Positions 33,509 through 43,450 of a DNA stretch of 45,862 bases are shown piece by piece; positions within the stretch are counted from its first letter, which is position 1, and each line of letters opens with the position of its first letter. The stretch lies in assembly GCA_051748705.1 (NCBI GenBank), contig JBNJHQ010000001.1:1-45862 (forward strand). Reading direction: 5' to 3'. The notes below the pieces were generated by a model. It worked only from the letters and a program-made list of their open reading frames with translations, had not been told where the DNA came from and made no database searches. Source of the stretch: Bacteroidota bacterium. Its GTDB lineage: Bacteria > Bacteroidota > Bacteroidia > Bacteroidales > VadinHA17. Both the position numbers and the translations under genes were made by a program.

Positions 33509-35815
33509 ATGACAGTTAAATATCTTGATGAACTGAATGAGGCACAAAAAACGGCCGTTGTCAATACCGACGGGCCCTCTCTTGTTATTGCCGGTGCAGG
33601 GTCGGGGAAGACCAGGGTGCTGACATACAGGATAGCACATCTGCTGAACAAAGGGGTGCCCGCACATTCTGTCCTGGCCCTCACTTTTACCAATAAAGCC
33701 GCCAGGGAGATGAAAGAGCGGATAACAGCCATTGCCGGTTACAATAACAGCCGGTACCTCTGGATGGGAACATTCCACAGCATATTTGCCAGGATATTGA
33801 GGAGTGAAGCGGATAGACTGGGTTATCCTTCATCTTACACCATATATGATGCCACTGATAGTCGCAGCCTGGTAAGGACAATTATCAGGGAAATGGGACT
33901 TGACGATAAGGTTTATAAGCCCGCAGCAGTGGCATCCCGGATATCTGCAGCAAAGAACAACCTGCTGACAGCCCGGGAATATGCATCAAACAGGTCAATA
34001 ACGACAAGGGACAGTATGGCAAAAGTCCCGATGCTGTCTGAAATATACCTGAGGTATGCTTCCAGGTGTTATAAGTCGGGAGCCATGGATTTTGATGACC
34101 TCCTCATGAATACCAACATACTTTTCAGGGATCATCCCGATGTGCTTGAAACTTACCAGGAGAGGTTTAAATATATACTGGTTGATGAGTACCAGGATAC
34201 TAACTATGCCCAGTATCTCATAATCAAAGGATTATCGGCGAAACACCGCAACCTCTGTGTGGTGGGTGATGATGCCCAGAGTATTTATTCATTCAGGGGC
34301 GCACGCATAGAGAATATCCTCAATTTCAGGAATGACTACCCTGATTATGCACTCTATAAGCTTGAAAGAAATTACAGGTCGACAAAAACAATAGTTAATG
34401 CGGCAAACAGCATTATCCTTCATAATAAAGGGCAGATAAGTAAAACAGTCTATTCAGAGAATATCCTGGGTAACAGGATACGGCTGATGGAATCAATGAC
34501 AGATGGAGAGGAAGGTTTCAGGATCGCTTCCGATATATTCGACCGCAGCATATCCGAACAGGTCAAATGGGAAGAGTTTGCCGTACTTTACCGGACAAAT
34601 GCGCAGTCGAGAATTTTCGAGGAAACATTCAGGAAGAAAAATATTCCATATAAGATATACGGGGGACTGTCATTTTATGAGAGGAAGGAGATAAAAGACA
34701 TACTGGCATACCTGAGGATGATAATAAACCCGGGAGATGAGGAAGCACTCAGGCGTACAATCAATTACCCCAGGAGGGGAATTGGGAAAACTACCATCGA
34801 CAGGATTTTCGAAACAGCCGCATCCGGTCAGCACACGGCATGGGAAATAATTTCAAAGCCGTCGGCATACTCTTCATTGCTGACACCTGCCACGTGGAAG
34901 CGCGTTAAAGTATATACTGACCTGGTAAATTCACTTGCCTCAGAATGTTCATCTGAAAATGCATATGATGCGGCAATGAAGGCAGCTACAGCAACAGGTA
35001 TAATGAAAGAGCTAAGGGAAGGCGAGACACCCGAAGAGGTGAGCAGGTATGAAAACCTGCAGGAACTGCTGAATGCTATCAGGGAATTTACCGATGAAGC
35101 TGAAACAAATGGAGAACCCAGCGGACTTGCATCCTACCTCGAATCGGTGGCTCTGCTTACAGACAGGGACACTGAAAAAGAAGAAGACAGGAACAAGGTT
35201 ACGCTGATGACAATGCATTCGGCCAAGGGACTGGAATTCAGGCATGTTTATATTGCCGGGCTCGAAGAAAACCTTTTTCCTTCGATAATGTCCCTGTCAG
35301 AAAACACCGGGCTGGAAGAAGAGAGACGACTTTTCTATGTTGCCATTACAAGGGCAAAAGAACAGGCAACCCTGAGCTATGCCCTTAACAGGTATAAATG
35401 GGGCAAGCTGGAAAACTGTAAACCCAGCAGGTTCCTTGCAGAGATTGATGAGGATTATCTTGAGTACCCTGACAACAGGGCGAAAAATACCAGGATCAGT
35501 TCAGACAGGGCTAAGAGGTATCCTGACCATGGACAGGCAGGCCTGAGCGAAAGGAAAACCGGATATGAAGCTTTTCCCGGCAGGAAACTGAAAAGAGTAG
35601 GGTCATCGGCCGGTTTAAATTCCGGCAACAACCAGCCTGCGGTGGAGGCAGATCTTAAAGAAGGTTCAATAGTCTACCACGACCGCTTCGGGCGGGGTAC
35701 AATAATATCGATTGACGGTGAAGCACCAAATACTACTGCACTGGTCAACTTTGATAAATCGGGGGAAAAGAAACTGCTGCTCAGGTTTGCCAGGCTGAAA
35801 TGCACCGGTAATTAG
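33509..35815 (+). CDS. ATP-dependent DNA helicase, UvrD/PcrA/Rep family (SF1A)
   Basis: Motif I AGAGSGKTRVL, motif II ILVDEYQDTN, motifs TMHSAKGLEF and YVAITRAK, and a C-terminal Tudor-like tail (VYHDRFGRGTIISI). Confidence 0.93.
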   Translation: MTVKYLDELNEAQKTAVVNTDGPSLVIAGAGSGKTRVLTYRIAHLLNKGVPAHSVLALTFTNKAAREMKERITAIAGYNNSRYLWMGTFHSIFARILRSEADRLGYPSSYTIYDATDSRSLVRTIIREMGLDDKVYKPAAVASRISAAKNNLLTAREYASNRSITTRDSMAKVPMLSEIYLRYASRCYKSGAMDFDDLLMNTNILFRDHPDVLETYQERFKYILVDEYQDTNYAQYLIIKGLSAKHRNLCVVGDDAQSIYSFRGARIENILNFRNDYPDYALYKLERNYRSTKTIVNAANSIILHNKGQISKTVYSENILGNRIRLMESMTDGEEGFRIASDIFDRSISEQVKWEEFAVLYRTNAQSRIFEETFRKKNIPYKIYGGLSFYERKEIKDILAYLRMIINPGDEEALRRTINYPRRGIGKTTIDRIFETAASGQHTAWEIISKPSAYSSLLTPATWKRVKVYTDLVNSLASECSSENAYDAAMKAATATGIMKELREGETPEEVSRYENLQELLNAIREFTDEAETNGEPSGLASYLESVALLTDRDTEKEEDRNKVTLMTMHSAKGLEFRHVYIAGLEENLFPSIMSLSENTGLEEERRLFYVAITRAKEQATLSYALNRYKWGKLENCKPSRFLAEIDEDYLEYPDNRAKNTRISSDRAKRYPDHGQAGLSERKTGYEAFPGRKLKRVGSSAGLNSGNNQPAVEADLKEGSIVYHDRFGRGTIISIDGEAPNTTALVNFDKSGEKKLLLRFARLKCTGN

Positions 35816-35880
35816 CATTGGTAAAGCATCTGGCGTCTCTCAATCACTGTATGGTAATCATCCCCGTCTCTTCCTGAATC

Positions 35881-36017
35881 TCTCCATTCCCATGTCCTCA
35901 CGCATCCCCTGGACTCTCCATTCTCATGTCCTCACGCATCCCCTGGACTCTCCATTCTCATGTCCTCACGCATCCCCTGGACTCTCCATCTCCGGATCTT
36001 CACATCTCCGGATCTTC
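35881..36017. repeat. Compound tandem repeat: 34-bp unit x3.2 (35881-35990) followed by a 16-bp period x2 (35988-36017)
   Basis: TCTCCATTC(C/T)CATGTCCTCACGCATCCCCTGGAC at 35881, 35915 and 35949, with a partial unit at 35983. Then ATCTCCGGATCTTC at 35988 and 36004. The plus strand is pyrimidine-rich. There are no spacers, so this is not CRISPR. Confidence 0.92.
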
Positions 36018-36119
36018 CAGGGTCACTGGACCTTGCTGAGCGCATTACCCTTGGAGTCATGAAATCAATCCACCGGTAATCTTCCCCCGTTCACCGATTT
36101 TAATAGAAATTTAACATAA

Positions 36120-36145
36120 AAAACTTTGGGAACTCGAAAAGTTTT
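36120..36145. promoter_or_regulatory. Inverted repeat AAAACTTT-N10-AAAGTTTT, candidate TetR operator
   Basis: Perfect 8-bp arms at 36120-36127 and 36138-36145, ending 27 nt upstream of the TetR ATG. The arms are AT-rich, so a chance match is possible. Confidence 0.3.
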
Positions 36146-36172
36146 ATCATTATTGCACCTCCTAAAGAAAAA

Positions 36173-36799
36173 ATGATGGATAGCAGGGAGAGAATTATAC
36201 AGGAAGCAGCAGTTTTGTTTATGAAATTTGGTATCAGGGCAGTTACCATGGACTCGATAGCCAACAATCTTGGTATGTCTAAAAGAACCATATATGAGCA
36301 ATTTGCACACAAGGACGAGTTGCTGATGAGCGTAATTGAAAATATGGCTGCAAGGCAAAAAGAATCGTTCAGGGGAATAATGGATAAGGCCGACAATGTG
36401 ATTGAAGCTTTATTTGAGATATTGCGTATTGCTACCCTTCATTTCAATAATACAAATCCCACTTTTTTTGTGGATCTTAACAAATATCATTACAAAGTAT
36501 ATGAAAGAATATGCCAGAAAGGGGACATAAAGAATTATGAAATGTCACTGGCAATGTTACGCAGGGGGATTGATGAGAAAGTATTCAGGGATGATATAAA
36601 TGTTGAAATAGCAAACATAGGTATTCACGGTGCCCTTGATATCACCCGGGAAAATGAAGAGCTATCCGCAGGTAAATATTCAAGGTTCGAGATATTAGAT
36701 AACCTGCTTTTTAATTACCTGATAGGTATCTCAACCTCGAGGGGACAGGAACTTATTAATAAATATAAAGAACAGAAAAAACTTGAATTAAATGCATAG
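36173..36799 (+). CDS. TetR/AcrR family transcriptional regulator
   Basis: N-terminal HTH RIIQEAAVLFMKFGIRAVTMDSIANNLGMSKRTIYEQF. 208 aa. First gene of the efflux operon. Confidence 0.9.
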   Translation: MMDSRERIIQEAAVLFMKFGIRAVTMDSIANNLGMSKRTIYEQFAHKDELLMSVIENMAARQKESFRGIMDKADNVIEALFEILRIATLHFNNTNPTFFVDLNKYHYKVYERICQKGDIKNYEMSLAMLRRGIDEKVFRDDINVEIANIGIHGALDITRENEELSAGKYSRFEILDNLLFNYLIGISTSRGQELINKYKEQKKLELNA

Positions 36800-38135
36800 A
36801 ATGATGAGAACAGGATTATTAAGTATAATCATGGCACTGGCACTGGGCAACACACTCCCGGCACAGGAACCTGACACGGTCCTGACCCTGTCGTTGCAGG
36901 AAGCACAGGAGTATGCGGTACAGCATAATAAAATGGTCAGGTCCTCGGAGTATGATGTCAGGGCCGCCGAGATGTCAAAATGGGAAGTTATTTCAAACGG
37001 ACTGCCCAGGGTTGATGGCAGCGGGTCTGTTAACGACAACCTTAAACTGATGACAACATTGCTTCCCGGAGAAATAATCGGTCAGCCCGGGGAAAAGGTC
37101 CCTGTGCAATTTGGCTCCAAATATAACAGCAATTACGGCATACAGGCTACACAGATGATATTTAATGCACCTTATTTTGTAGGGATACAGACTGTTAAGC
37201 TGGCTGAGAAAATGAGTGAGCAATCGCTTGAAAAATCAGAGATAGATATCAGGGAGCAGGTTATCAATACCTATTACCTTATATTGATTTCCCTGGAATC
37301 TATAGACATACTCAATGGCACCAGTGAAAACCTGAGAGAGGTATACAGGTCAACAAAAACAATGAAGGAAGTAGGGATGGCCGAGGAGACTGACGTTGAC
37401 CAGATGCTTTCAAATGTGAGGGGACTGGAAACAAATGTACGCAGCATGGAGCGAAACCTGGAATTCAGCTATAATATGCTGAGATTCCAGCTGGGAGTTG
37501 ATATGGATACAGAAATAAATCTTACTACTGAGCTAGATGACCTCCTGCAGGAGGCCAGCATAGAAGCTCTTCTTGAGAGTGATTTTAATATCAGGGAACA
37601 TATTGACTTCAGACTTACACAAAGCCAGGTGGAAATGGAAGAGCTGAGCCTGAAAAATGAGAAAGCAAGCATTTTGCCTTCTCTTTCTGCTTTCTATTCA
37701 TGGAACAAGAATGGCATGGGGGATAAGTTGAACGACCAGCAATGGTTTCCAAATTCAATGCTTGGCTTCCAGGTATCGATACCCATATTTGCAAGCGGCC
37801 AGCGTTATTCAAGGATCAGGCAGGCACAAATAAACCTGGAGAAAGCACGTAACAACAAAAGCATGGTTTCAGACCAGTTGCTTCTGCAGGAGAAGCAATT
37901 AAGATACAACCTTATAAATGCACGTGACCAGTATACTACGCAGAAGGAAAATGTTGAGGTTGCCTACAGGGTTTATCAAAGCATTGAAAACAAATACCGT
38001 CAGGGTGTGGCCTCAAGCCTCGACCTGACACAGGCACATAGTAATTACCTGCAGGCTGAGAGCGATTACATCAGCAGCCTGATGGACCTGCTCCAGACCA
38101 GGCTGGCGCTGGATAAATTACTTAATAATATCTAA
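36792..38135 (+). CDS. TolC-family outer-membrane efflux protein
   Basis: 447 aa. Signal ...GNTLPA|QE. Two-repeat coiled-coil/barrel pattern (LSLQEAQEYAVQHN..., ...LDLTQAHSNYLQAESDY...). The start is ambiguous: ATG 36792 overlaps TetR by 8 nt, and ATG 36801 or 36804 are alternatives. Confidence 0.88.
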   Translation: MHRMMRTGLLSIIMALALGNTLPAQEPDTVLTLSLQEAQEYAVQHNKMVRSSEYDVRAAEMSKWEVISNGLPRVDGSGSVNDNLKLMTTLLPGEIIGQPGEKVPVQFGSKYNSNYGIQATQMIFNAPYFVGIQTVKLAEKMSEQSLEKSEIDIREQVINTYYLILISLESIDILNGTSENLREVYRSTKTMKEVGMAEETDVDQMLSNVRGLETNVRSMERNLEFSYNMLRFQLGVDMDTEINLTTELDDLLQEASIEALLESDFNIREHIDFRLTQSQVEMEELSLKNEKASILPSLSAFYSWNKNGMGDKLNDQQWFPNSMLGFQVSIPIFASGQRYSRIRQAQINLEKARNNKSMVSDQLLLQEKQLRYNLINARDQYTTQKENVEVAYRVYQSIENKYRQGVASSLDLTQAHSNYLQAESDYISSLMDLLQTRLALDKLLNNI

Positions 38136-38166
38136 AAAAATACCGAAAATATAAAATACCAGAAAA

Positions 38167-39228
38167 ATGAAAGCCATAAGATTATTACCGCTAATAGCAA
38201 TCACTGCAGCTGTCATTACATCCTGCAACCAGCAGAACCGTGCTGGCATGCCCGCCGGGTCGGAGGCAGGGGAAAGTGAAAAAAAGGAAATAAATGTAAG
38301 GACAAGCCCTCTTCAACTTGACACAATAGCAAGGACAATTGATTATACGGCAAGCATTGAGGCTTTTGAGGAAGTTCACCTGGCCCCGGCATCACCCGGA
38401 AGGATAAATACTATTTATGTTGAACCGGGCGACAGGGTTGCCAGGGGACAGAAGCTTTTTGCAATGGACCGTACGCAGTTGCACCAGGCAGAGATACAGC
38501 TTGAAAACCTGAAAACAGATCTTCAACGACTGTCTACACTCCTTGAAAGCGGGGATATACCCCTGCAACAGTATGACCAGATGAAAACACAGGTGGAAGT
38601 GACTGAAAGCAATGTTGAGTTCCTGAGGGAGAATACTGTGATCTTTGCTCCCTTTGCAGGTGTCATTACCGGGAAATATTTTGAGAATGGTGAGATGTAC
38701 AGTGGCGCACCGAACACCCAGGCCGGAAAAGCCGCCATTGTTACCCTTATGCAGATAAACCCGGTTAAGGCAATTGTATATATTTCCGAGCAATATATGC
38801 CGCTTGTTAAGCAAAATATGGATGCGGGCATAGTTGCTGATGTTTTTGAGGGAGAGGAGTTCAGTGGAACAGTAAGCCTGGTTTACCCTGTTATAAATCC
38901 TATGACCAGGTCGTTCGAGGTGGAGATAACTGTGCCAAACAGCAGTATGAGGCTTAAACCGGGTATGTTCGTCAGGGTATCGATGTTCCTCGATGAGGAA
39001 GAAGCCTTCGTTGTGCCTTCCAATGTTGTTCTTCAGCAGGAAGGGACAAACAACAGGTATGTTTTTGTTAACAGGAACGGTACAGCCGAAAGATACGAGG
39101 TTAAGCTTGGTAAACGTTATGACGAAATGGTTGAGATCATTACCGACGAGCTCGTCCGGGGTGATATGCTCATCGTTGATGGACATACCAAACTCACAAC
39201 CGGCGATAAAATCAATGTAGTTAAATAA
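38167..39228 (+). CDS. Efflux RND transporter periplasmic adaptor subunit (MFP/HlyD family), lipoprotein
   Basis: Lipobox ...AAVITSC. Biotinyl-lipoyl-like hairpin (GRINTIYVEPGDRVARGQKLFAMD) and a coiled-coil segment. Confidence 0.9.
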   Translation: MKAIRLLPLIAITAAVITSCNQQNRAGMPAGSEAGESEKKEINVRTSPLQLDTIARTIDYTASIEAFEEVHLAPASPGRINTIYVEPGDRVARGQKLFAMDRTQLHQAEIQLENLKTDLQRLSTLLESGDIPLQQYDQMKTQVEVTESNVEFLRENTVIFAPFAGVITGKYFENGEMYSGAPNTQAGKAAIVTLMQINPVKAIVYISEQYMPLVKQNMDAGIVADVFEGEEFSGTVSLVYPVINPMTRSFEVEITVPNSSMRLKPGMFVRVSMFLDEEEAFVVPSNVVLQQEGTNNRYVFVNRNGTAERYEVKLGKRYDEMVEIITDELVRGDMLIVDGHTKLTTGDKINVVK

Positions 39229-39246
39229 TAATAAGAATAATATCTT

Positions 39247-42200
39247 ATGAGTATATATAGTAGCGCAGTAAAAAGACCACTGACAACCATCCTTATTTTT
39301 ATAGCCCTGATGGTCGTGGGGCTGTACTCTCTCACCAGGCTGCCTGTGGATCTCTATCCGGAAATTGAACTGCCCTTCCTCACAGTTTTTACCTCCTATC
39401 CGGGGGCAAGTGCTTCCGATATAGAGACTAATGTGACTGATTTGCTTGAAGACCAATTAAATACGGTAAGCAACCTTAAAGAGATTACATCTGTATCAAG
39501 TGATAATACTTCTATTATTTTCCTTGAATTTGAGTACGAGACCAATCTTGATGAAGCATCAAACGAGGTAAGGGATGCAATGAATTTCATAATAAACTTC
39601 CTCCCCGAGGATGCTGAAGATCCCACAATCCTGAAATTTAACTCCAGTATGATGCCCATAATATTTTATGCCATCACTGCAGATGAGAGTTATGAAGGAC
39701 TTGAAAAGATACTGGATGAGAAGGTTGTAAATCCTCTCAACAGGATTGAAGGAATCGGTTCAGTTGGTATTGCCGGGGCCCCTGGCAGGGAAATATACGT
39801 GGAAGTTGATCCCCGCAAGCTTGAAGCATACAATATGACTGTTGAGCAGATTGGGAGCATCCTGATGGCCGAAAACCTTAATACACCGGCAGGATACCTT
39901 GAGATGGGGGAGCTGGACTATCCCCTGCGTATACAGGGTGAATTTGTTGACAGCGACGTCCTGAAGGACATAGTGGTTGGAAGCTATAATGGTAATACTA
40001 TTTATCTGAGTGATATTGCCGATATTAAAGATACCGTTCGTGACACTAAACTGGAGGAACGGATTAACGGTGAGCTGGGAATGCGAATGTTTGTGCAGAA
40101 GCAATCCGGTGGTAACACGGTTGAGGTGGCCAGGGAAGTGAGGAAGACCCTCAAAGAGCTGGAAAAAGACCTGCCACCGGATGTCAGGATAGAACCCATC
40201 CTGGATTCATCAGAGTTCATCGTGGGCTCGATAAAGAACCTTACGAATGCACTTTTGTTTGCAGCTATATTCGTGGTGCTCGTTGTACTCTTTTTCCTGG
40301 GAAGGTGGAGGGCAACATTTATTGTAATACTCACCATACCGATATCACTGATTGTTGCTTTTATTTATCTTTTCCTGTCGGGCAATTCAATAAATATCAT
40401 CTCACTCTCATCCCTGTCGATAGCCATCGGTATGGTGGTTGATGATGCCATTGTCATACTCGAGAACATCACCAGGCACATTGAGAGGAAGAGTCACCCC
40501 CGCGAGGCTGCTGTTTATGCCACCAATGAGGTCTGGCTTGCTGTGATAGTGACTACACTCACAGTGGTCGCCGTGTTCCTGCCATTAACCTTCGTGGGTG
40601 GTTTGACAGGAGTGCTTTTCAAGCAGCTGGGACTGATTGTTACGCTGACGGTGGTAACCTCAACCATTGCGGCCATCACACTTACACCAACCCTTAGCTC
40701 ATTGATGCTTAAAATGCGCGTTAACAATAAGCCGCGTCGCAGGTTCAGCTATGATAATACAATCAGGAAAGGACTTGACCGTTTTGAAGGATTCTACGGA
40801 TCAACACTGGGATGGGCGCTACGGCATAAGCTGCTGGTAACGGTGGTCTCAATACTTGTGTTTGCAGGATCATTGATGCTGCTGACATTTGTAGGCACCG
40901 AGTTCATACCACAGTCTGATGAGTCAAGTTTGACAGCGAACATAGAGCTGCAGACCGGTACACGGGTGAGTGTTACAAAAGAAGTGACGGATAGTATTGC
41001 ACATATTATCGATGCATCATTTCCCGAAGTGGAGCTTGTATCATCTTCGACCGGAACGGGGGAAGGTATAAATTTTGCATCCCTGTTCTCAACCTCCGGG
41101 ACACACACAATATCCTACACGCTGCGTCTTTCTGATGTAGGTGAGAGGGAGAGAAGTGTCTGGGATATAGCCGAGGCTTTCAGGCAGGAACTGGCTGAAT
41201 TTCCTGAAATTGTCAACTACCAGGTCGATGCCGGTGGTGGCGGAGGTATGGGTTTCATGGGTAATAATATCGAAGTGGATGTATACGGTTACGACATTGC
41301 CGAAACAAACATCGTGGCAGAAGAACTGGCCTCCAGGATCAGCCTTGTTGAAGGAGCGAGGGATGTCCAGGTAAGTCGCGATCCGTCAAAACCGGAGCTC
41401 CAGATTGTTCTTGACCAGAATAAATTGATGAGGCACGGACTGAATACTGCAACTGTTTCAAATGCCATAAAAAACAGGGTTGGCGGTATGACAGCCACCC
41501 GGCTGAGGCAGTTTGGTGATGAATATGACGTTGTTGTCAGATTCAAGGAAGAGTCAAGGAATTCTATTACCGACGTTCTTAACATCAGTATTATGAACAG
41601 CCAGGGGCAGAGTGTCAAACTGGGAGAAATAGCTGAGGTCAAAGAATACCTTTCGCCCCCCAATATTGAACATAAGAGGAGACAGAGGGTACTGTCAGTC
41701 TCAGCAACACCTTTCCAGCGTGCACTGGGTGACATAGCAAATGATATAGAACAGATCATTGCTGATCTTGAAACGCCGTCAGGTGTGCAGGTGGAAATGT
41801 CGGGTACCATAGAGGAACAGGCTGAGTCTTTTATGGATCTCGGGCTCCTGATGATGGTCAGTCTTGTACTTGTATACCTGGTTATGGCTTCCCAGTTTGA
41901 ATCCCTGAAAATGCCATTGATAATCATGTTTTCAATACCATTCGCATTCTCAGGTGTTGCAATTGCACTTTTTATTACCGGCACAACACTGAACCTTATT
42001 GCAGGAATAGGTGCTGTTATGCTTATCGGTATAGTCGTTAAGAATGCTATCGTACTGGTTGATTTTATTAACCTTCAGCGCGACAGGGGCCTTGAACTCT
42101 ATGAGGCTGTCAAGGTTTCAGGCCGCTCAAGGTTAAGGCCTGTACTGATGACTTCTACCACTACCATTCTTGCAATGCTTCCCCTGGCGCTGAGCATAGG

Positions 42201-42390
42201 TGAGGGATCAGAAATTTGGAGTCCGATGGGTATATCCGTGATAGGCGGGCTTATTTTCTCCACCATGGTTACCCTTGTACTTGTTCCAATAGTATATGTG
42301 ATATTTGCCAGGAGAGGCGAGAGGGATAAAAAACGCAGGTCACAGGAGAAATATGATTTCCTTAATGGAGCTGAAGTACAAGGCAGTTAA
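39247..42390 (+). CDS. Efflux RND transporter permease subunit (AcrB/HAE1-type)
   Basis: 1047 aa. 12-TM/2-loop architecture. N-terminus AVKRPLTTILIFIALMVVG. Conserved TM4 region AIGMVVDDAIVILENI. Confidence 0.95.
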   Translation: MSIYSSAVKRPLTTILIFIALMVVGLYSLTRLPVDLYPEIELPFLTVFTSYPGASASDIETNVTDLLEDQLNTVSNLKEITSVSSDNTSIIFLEFEYETNLDEASNEVRDAMNFIINFLPEDAEDPTILKFNSSMMPIIFYAITADESYEGLEKILDEKVVNPLNRIEGIGSVGIAGAPGREIYVEVDPRKLEAYNMTVEQIGSILMAENLNTPAGYLEMGELDYPLRIQGEFVDSDVLKDIVVGSYNGNTIYLSDIADIKDTVRDTKLEERINGELGMRMFVQKQSGGNTVEVAREVRKTLKELEKDLPPDVRIEPILDSSEFIVGSIKNLTNALLFAAIFVVLVVLFFLGRWRATFIVILTIPISLIVAFIYLFLSGNSINIISLSSLSIAIGMVVDDAIVILENITRHIERKSHPREAAVYATNEVWLAVIVTTLTVVAVFLPLTFVGGLTGVLFKQLGLIVTLTVVTSTIAAITLTPTLSSLMLKMRVNNKPRRRFSYDNTIRKGLDRFEGFYGSTLGWALRHKLLVTVVSILVFAGSLMLLTFVGTEFIPQSDESSLTANIELQTGTRVSVTKEVTDSIAHIIDASFPEVELVSSSTGTGEGINFASLFSTSGTHTISYTLRLSDVGERERSVWDIAEAFRQELAEFPEIVNYQVDAGGGGGMGFMGNNIEVDVYGYDIAETNIVAEELASRISLVEGARDVQVSRDPSKPELQIVLDQNKLMRHGLNTATVSNAIKNRVGGMTATRLRQFGDEYDVVVRFKEESRNSITDVLNISIMNSQGQSVKLGEIAEVKEYLSPPNIEHKRRQRVLSVSATPFQRALGDIANDIEQIIADLETPSGVQVEMSGTIEEQAESFMDLGLLMMVSLVLVYLVMASQFESLKMPLIIMFSIPFAFSGVAIALFITGTTLNLIAGIGAVMLIGIVVKNAIVLVDFINLQRDRGLELYEAVKVSGRSRLRPVLMTSTTTILAMLPLALSIGEGSEIWSPMGISVIGGLIFSTMVTLVLVPIVYVIFARRGERDKKRRSQEKYDFLNGAEVQGS

Positions 42391-42406
42391 AAAAACTACA
42401 AGAAAT

Positions 42407-42700
42407 ATGAAAGCAGTATTTATAGTATATAACCAGGCTCACAGTGAAAAAGTGGAATTTATCCTTGACAGGCTTGGGATAGAGGGCTACTCGGAGTGGA
42501 ACAATATGAAGGGCAGGGGCAGCAGGGGTGGTGTGCCCCACCTGGGGACACACACCTGGCCGGAAATCAATTCCGCCACACTGACAATAGTTGATGATGA
42601 GCAGGTTGATCACCTGCTGGATGCAGTCAGGAAGATGGATGAGCAGAATACCGATGTGGGGGTCAGGGCCTTTGTATGGGATATTACCGGGATTTATTGA
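42407..42700 (+). CDS. Small transporter-associated protein (PG0541-like; possible P-II/ferredoxin-like fold)
   Basis: Start moved to ATG 42407, 16 nt after the RND stop. 97 aa. MKAVFIVYNQAHSEKVEFILDRLGIEGYSEWNNMKGRGSRGG...ATLTIVDDEQVDHLLDAVRKMD suggests a beta-alpha-beta x2 pattern. The family name is from memory. Confidence 0.6.
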   Translation: MKAVFIVYNQAHSEKVEFILDRLGIEGYSEWNNMKGRGSRGGVPHLGTHTWPEINSATLTIVDDEQVDHLLDAVRKMDEQNTDVGVRAFVWDITGIY

Positions 42701-42731
42701 TTAAATCTCCGCAATGAAATCATAAAGCAAC

Positions 42732-42761
42732 CGCAGGGACCCTGTGTGCAGGGTCGCTGCG
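42732..42761. terminator. Candidate bidirectional stem-loop terminator between convergent genes
   Basis: CGCAGGGACCCTG-TGTG-CAGGGTCGCTGCG: 12 base pairs plus one G-G mismatch, with a 4-nt loop. The flanking U-tracts are weak. Confidence 0.45.
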
Positions 42762-42765
42762 ATTA

Positions 42766-43446
42766 TTAAATACCGTTAAGGAACTCCACAGTCTTTATCA
42801 TTTCAGCCTCATCCCTTAACCTTATCTTGTTATCCTTAAGGAAATTGTTCAGTTCTTTTTCCCTGTCACCTGCCAGCTCCAGCAAACCTTTCCTGTTTCG
42901 TATGAAGACCGGCAGTTCATCACCATGTGATACATAAAATAGGGGATCCCTCTCCTCGAAACTGGCAGGCTCCTCTTCCTGGTAGGGTTGTGCCGGCACA
43001 GCTTCACGGAACACTACCTGGTGTTGTTTGTAGAGAGACCAGGGTCCTTCAATAATCACTTCGAGGTAACCTTCTCCCCGGGATGACTGGTAATCATATG
43101 TTGAATAAATGAACTTGCGTTCCTCTATTTCCACTTCTGCCACCACACCGCCACGGTTAAGATTATAAACAGCATCCTCCATCTCTACCTCGAAAAAATC
43201 GTGGTATACATTATACCTCAGGGGGACTTTTGTGAATACCTGGTTTTCCGATGATACTATTGTTGCCTCGCTGAATTCCTCGCTCATATATGGCGATCCT
43301 TCGTAAGTGGCTGTCTCCCCTTCTGCCATTTTCCTGTTGAGCAGCTCATCGTAGAATCTCTGTCCTTCAGCACCCAGCCACAGGTTCTGGGCTGTTGCCC
43401 CAAGAGACAGGATTGAAATAACTATACTTAAATATATCTTTATCAT
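42766..43446 (-). CDS. Secreted protein of unknown function
   Basis: Start taken at ATG 43446; the ORF-track start at 43449 is GTG. Signal MIKIYLSIVISILSLGATA|QN. No recognisable motif. Confidence 0.5.
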   Translation of the reverse strand: MIKIYLSIVISILSLGATAQNLWLGAEGQRFYDELLNRKMAEGETATYEGSPYMSEEFSEATIVSSENQVFTKVPLRYNVYHDFFEVEMEDAVYNLNRGGVVAEVEIEERKFIYSTYDYQSSRGEGYLEVIIEGPWSLYKQHQVVFREAVPAQPYQEEEPASFEERDPLFYVSHGDELPVFIRNRKGLLELAGDREKELNNFLKDNKIRLRDEAEMIKTVEFLNGI

Positions 43447-43450
43447 CACT

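Noticed and set aside
35881-35990. Considered whether the 34-bp repeats are a small CRISPR array
   Set aside because: The copies are directly adjacent with no spacers, no cas genes are nearby, and the unit is not palindromic.
38392-39456. 354-aa ORF on the minus strand, the longest unannotated ORF in the track
   Set aside because: It lies entirely antisense to the MFP adaptor gene and the RND permease start, both of which have clear family signatures. The translation has no recognisable motif and a skewed composition typical of shadow ORFs.
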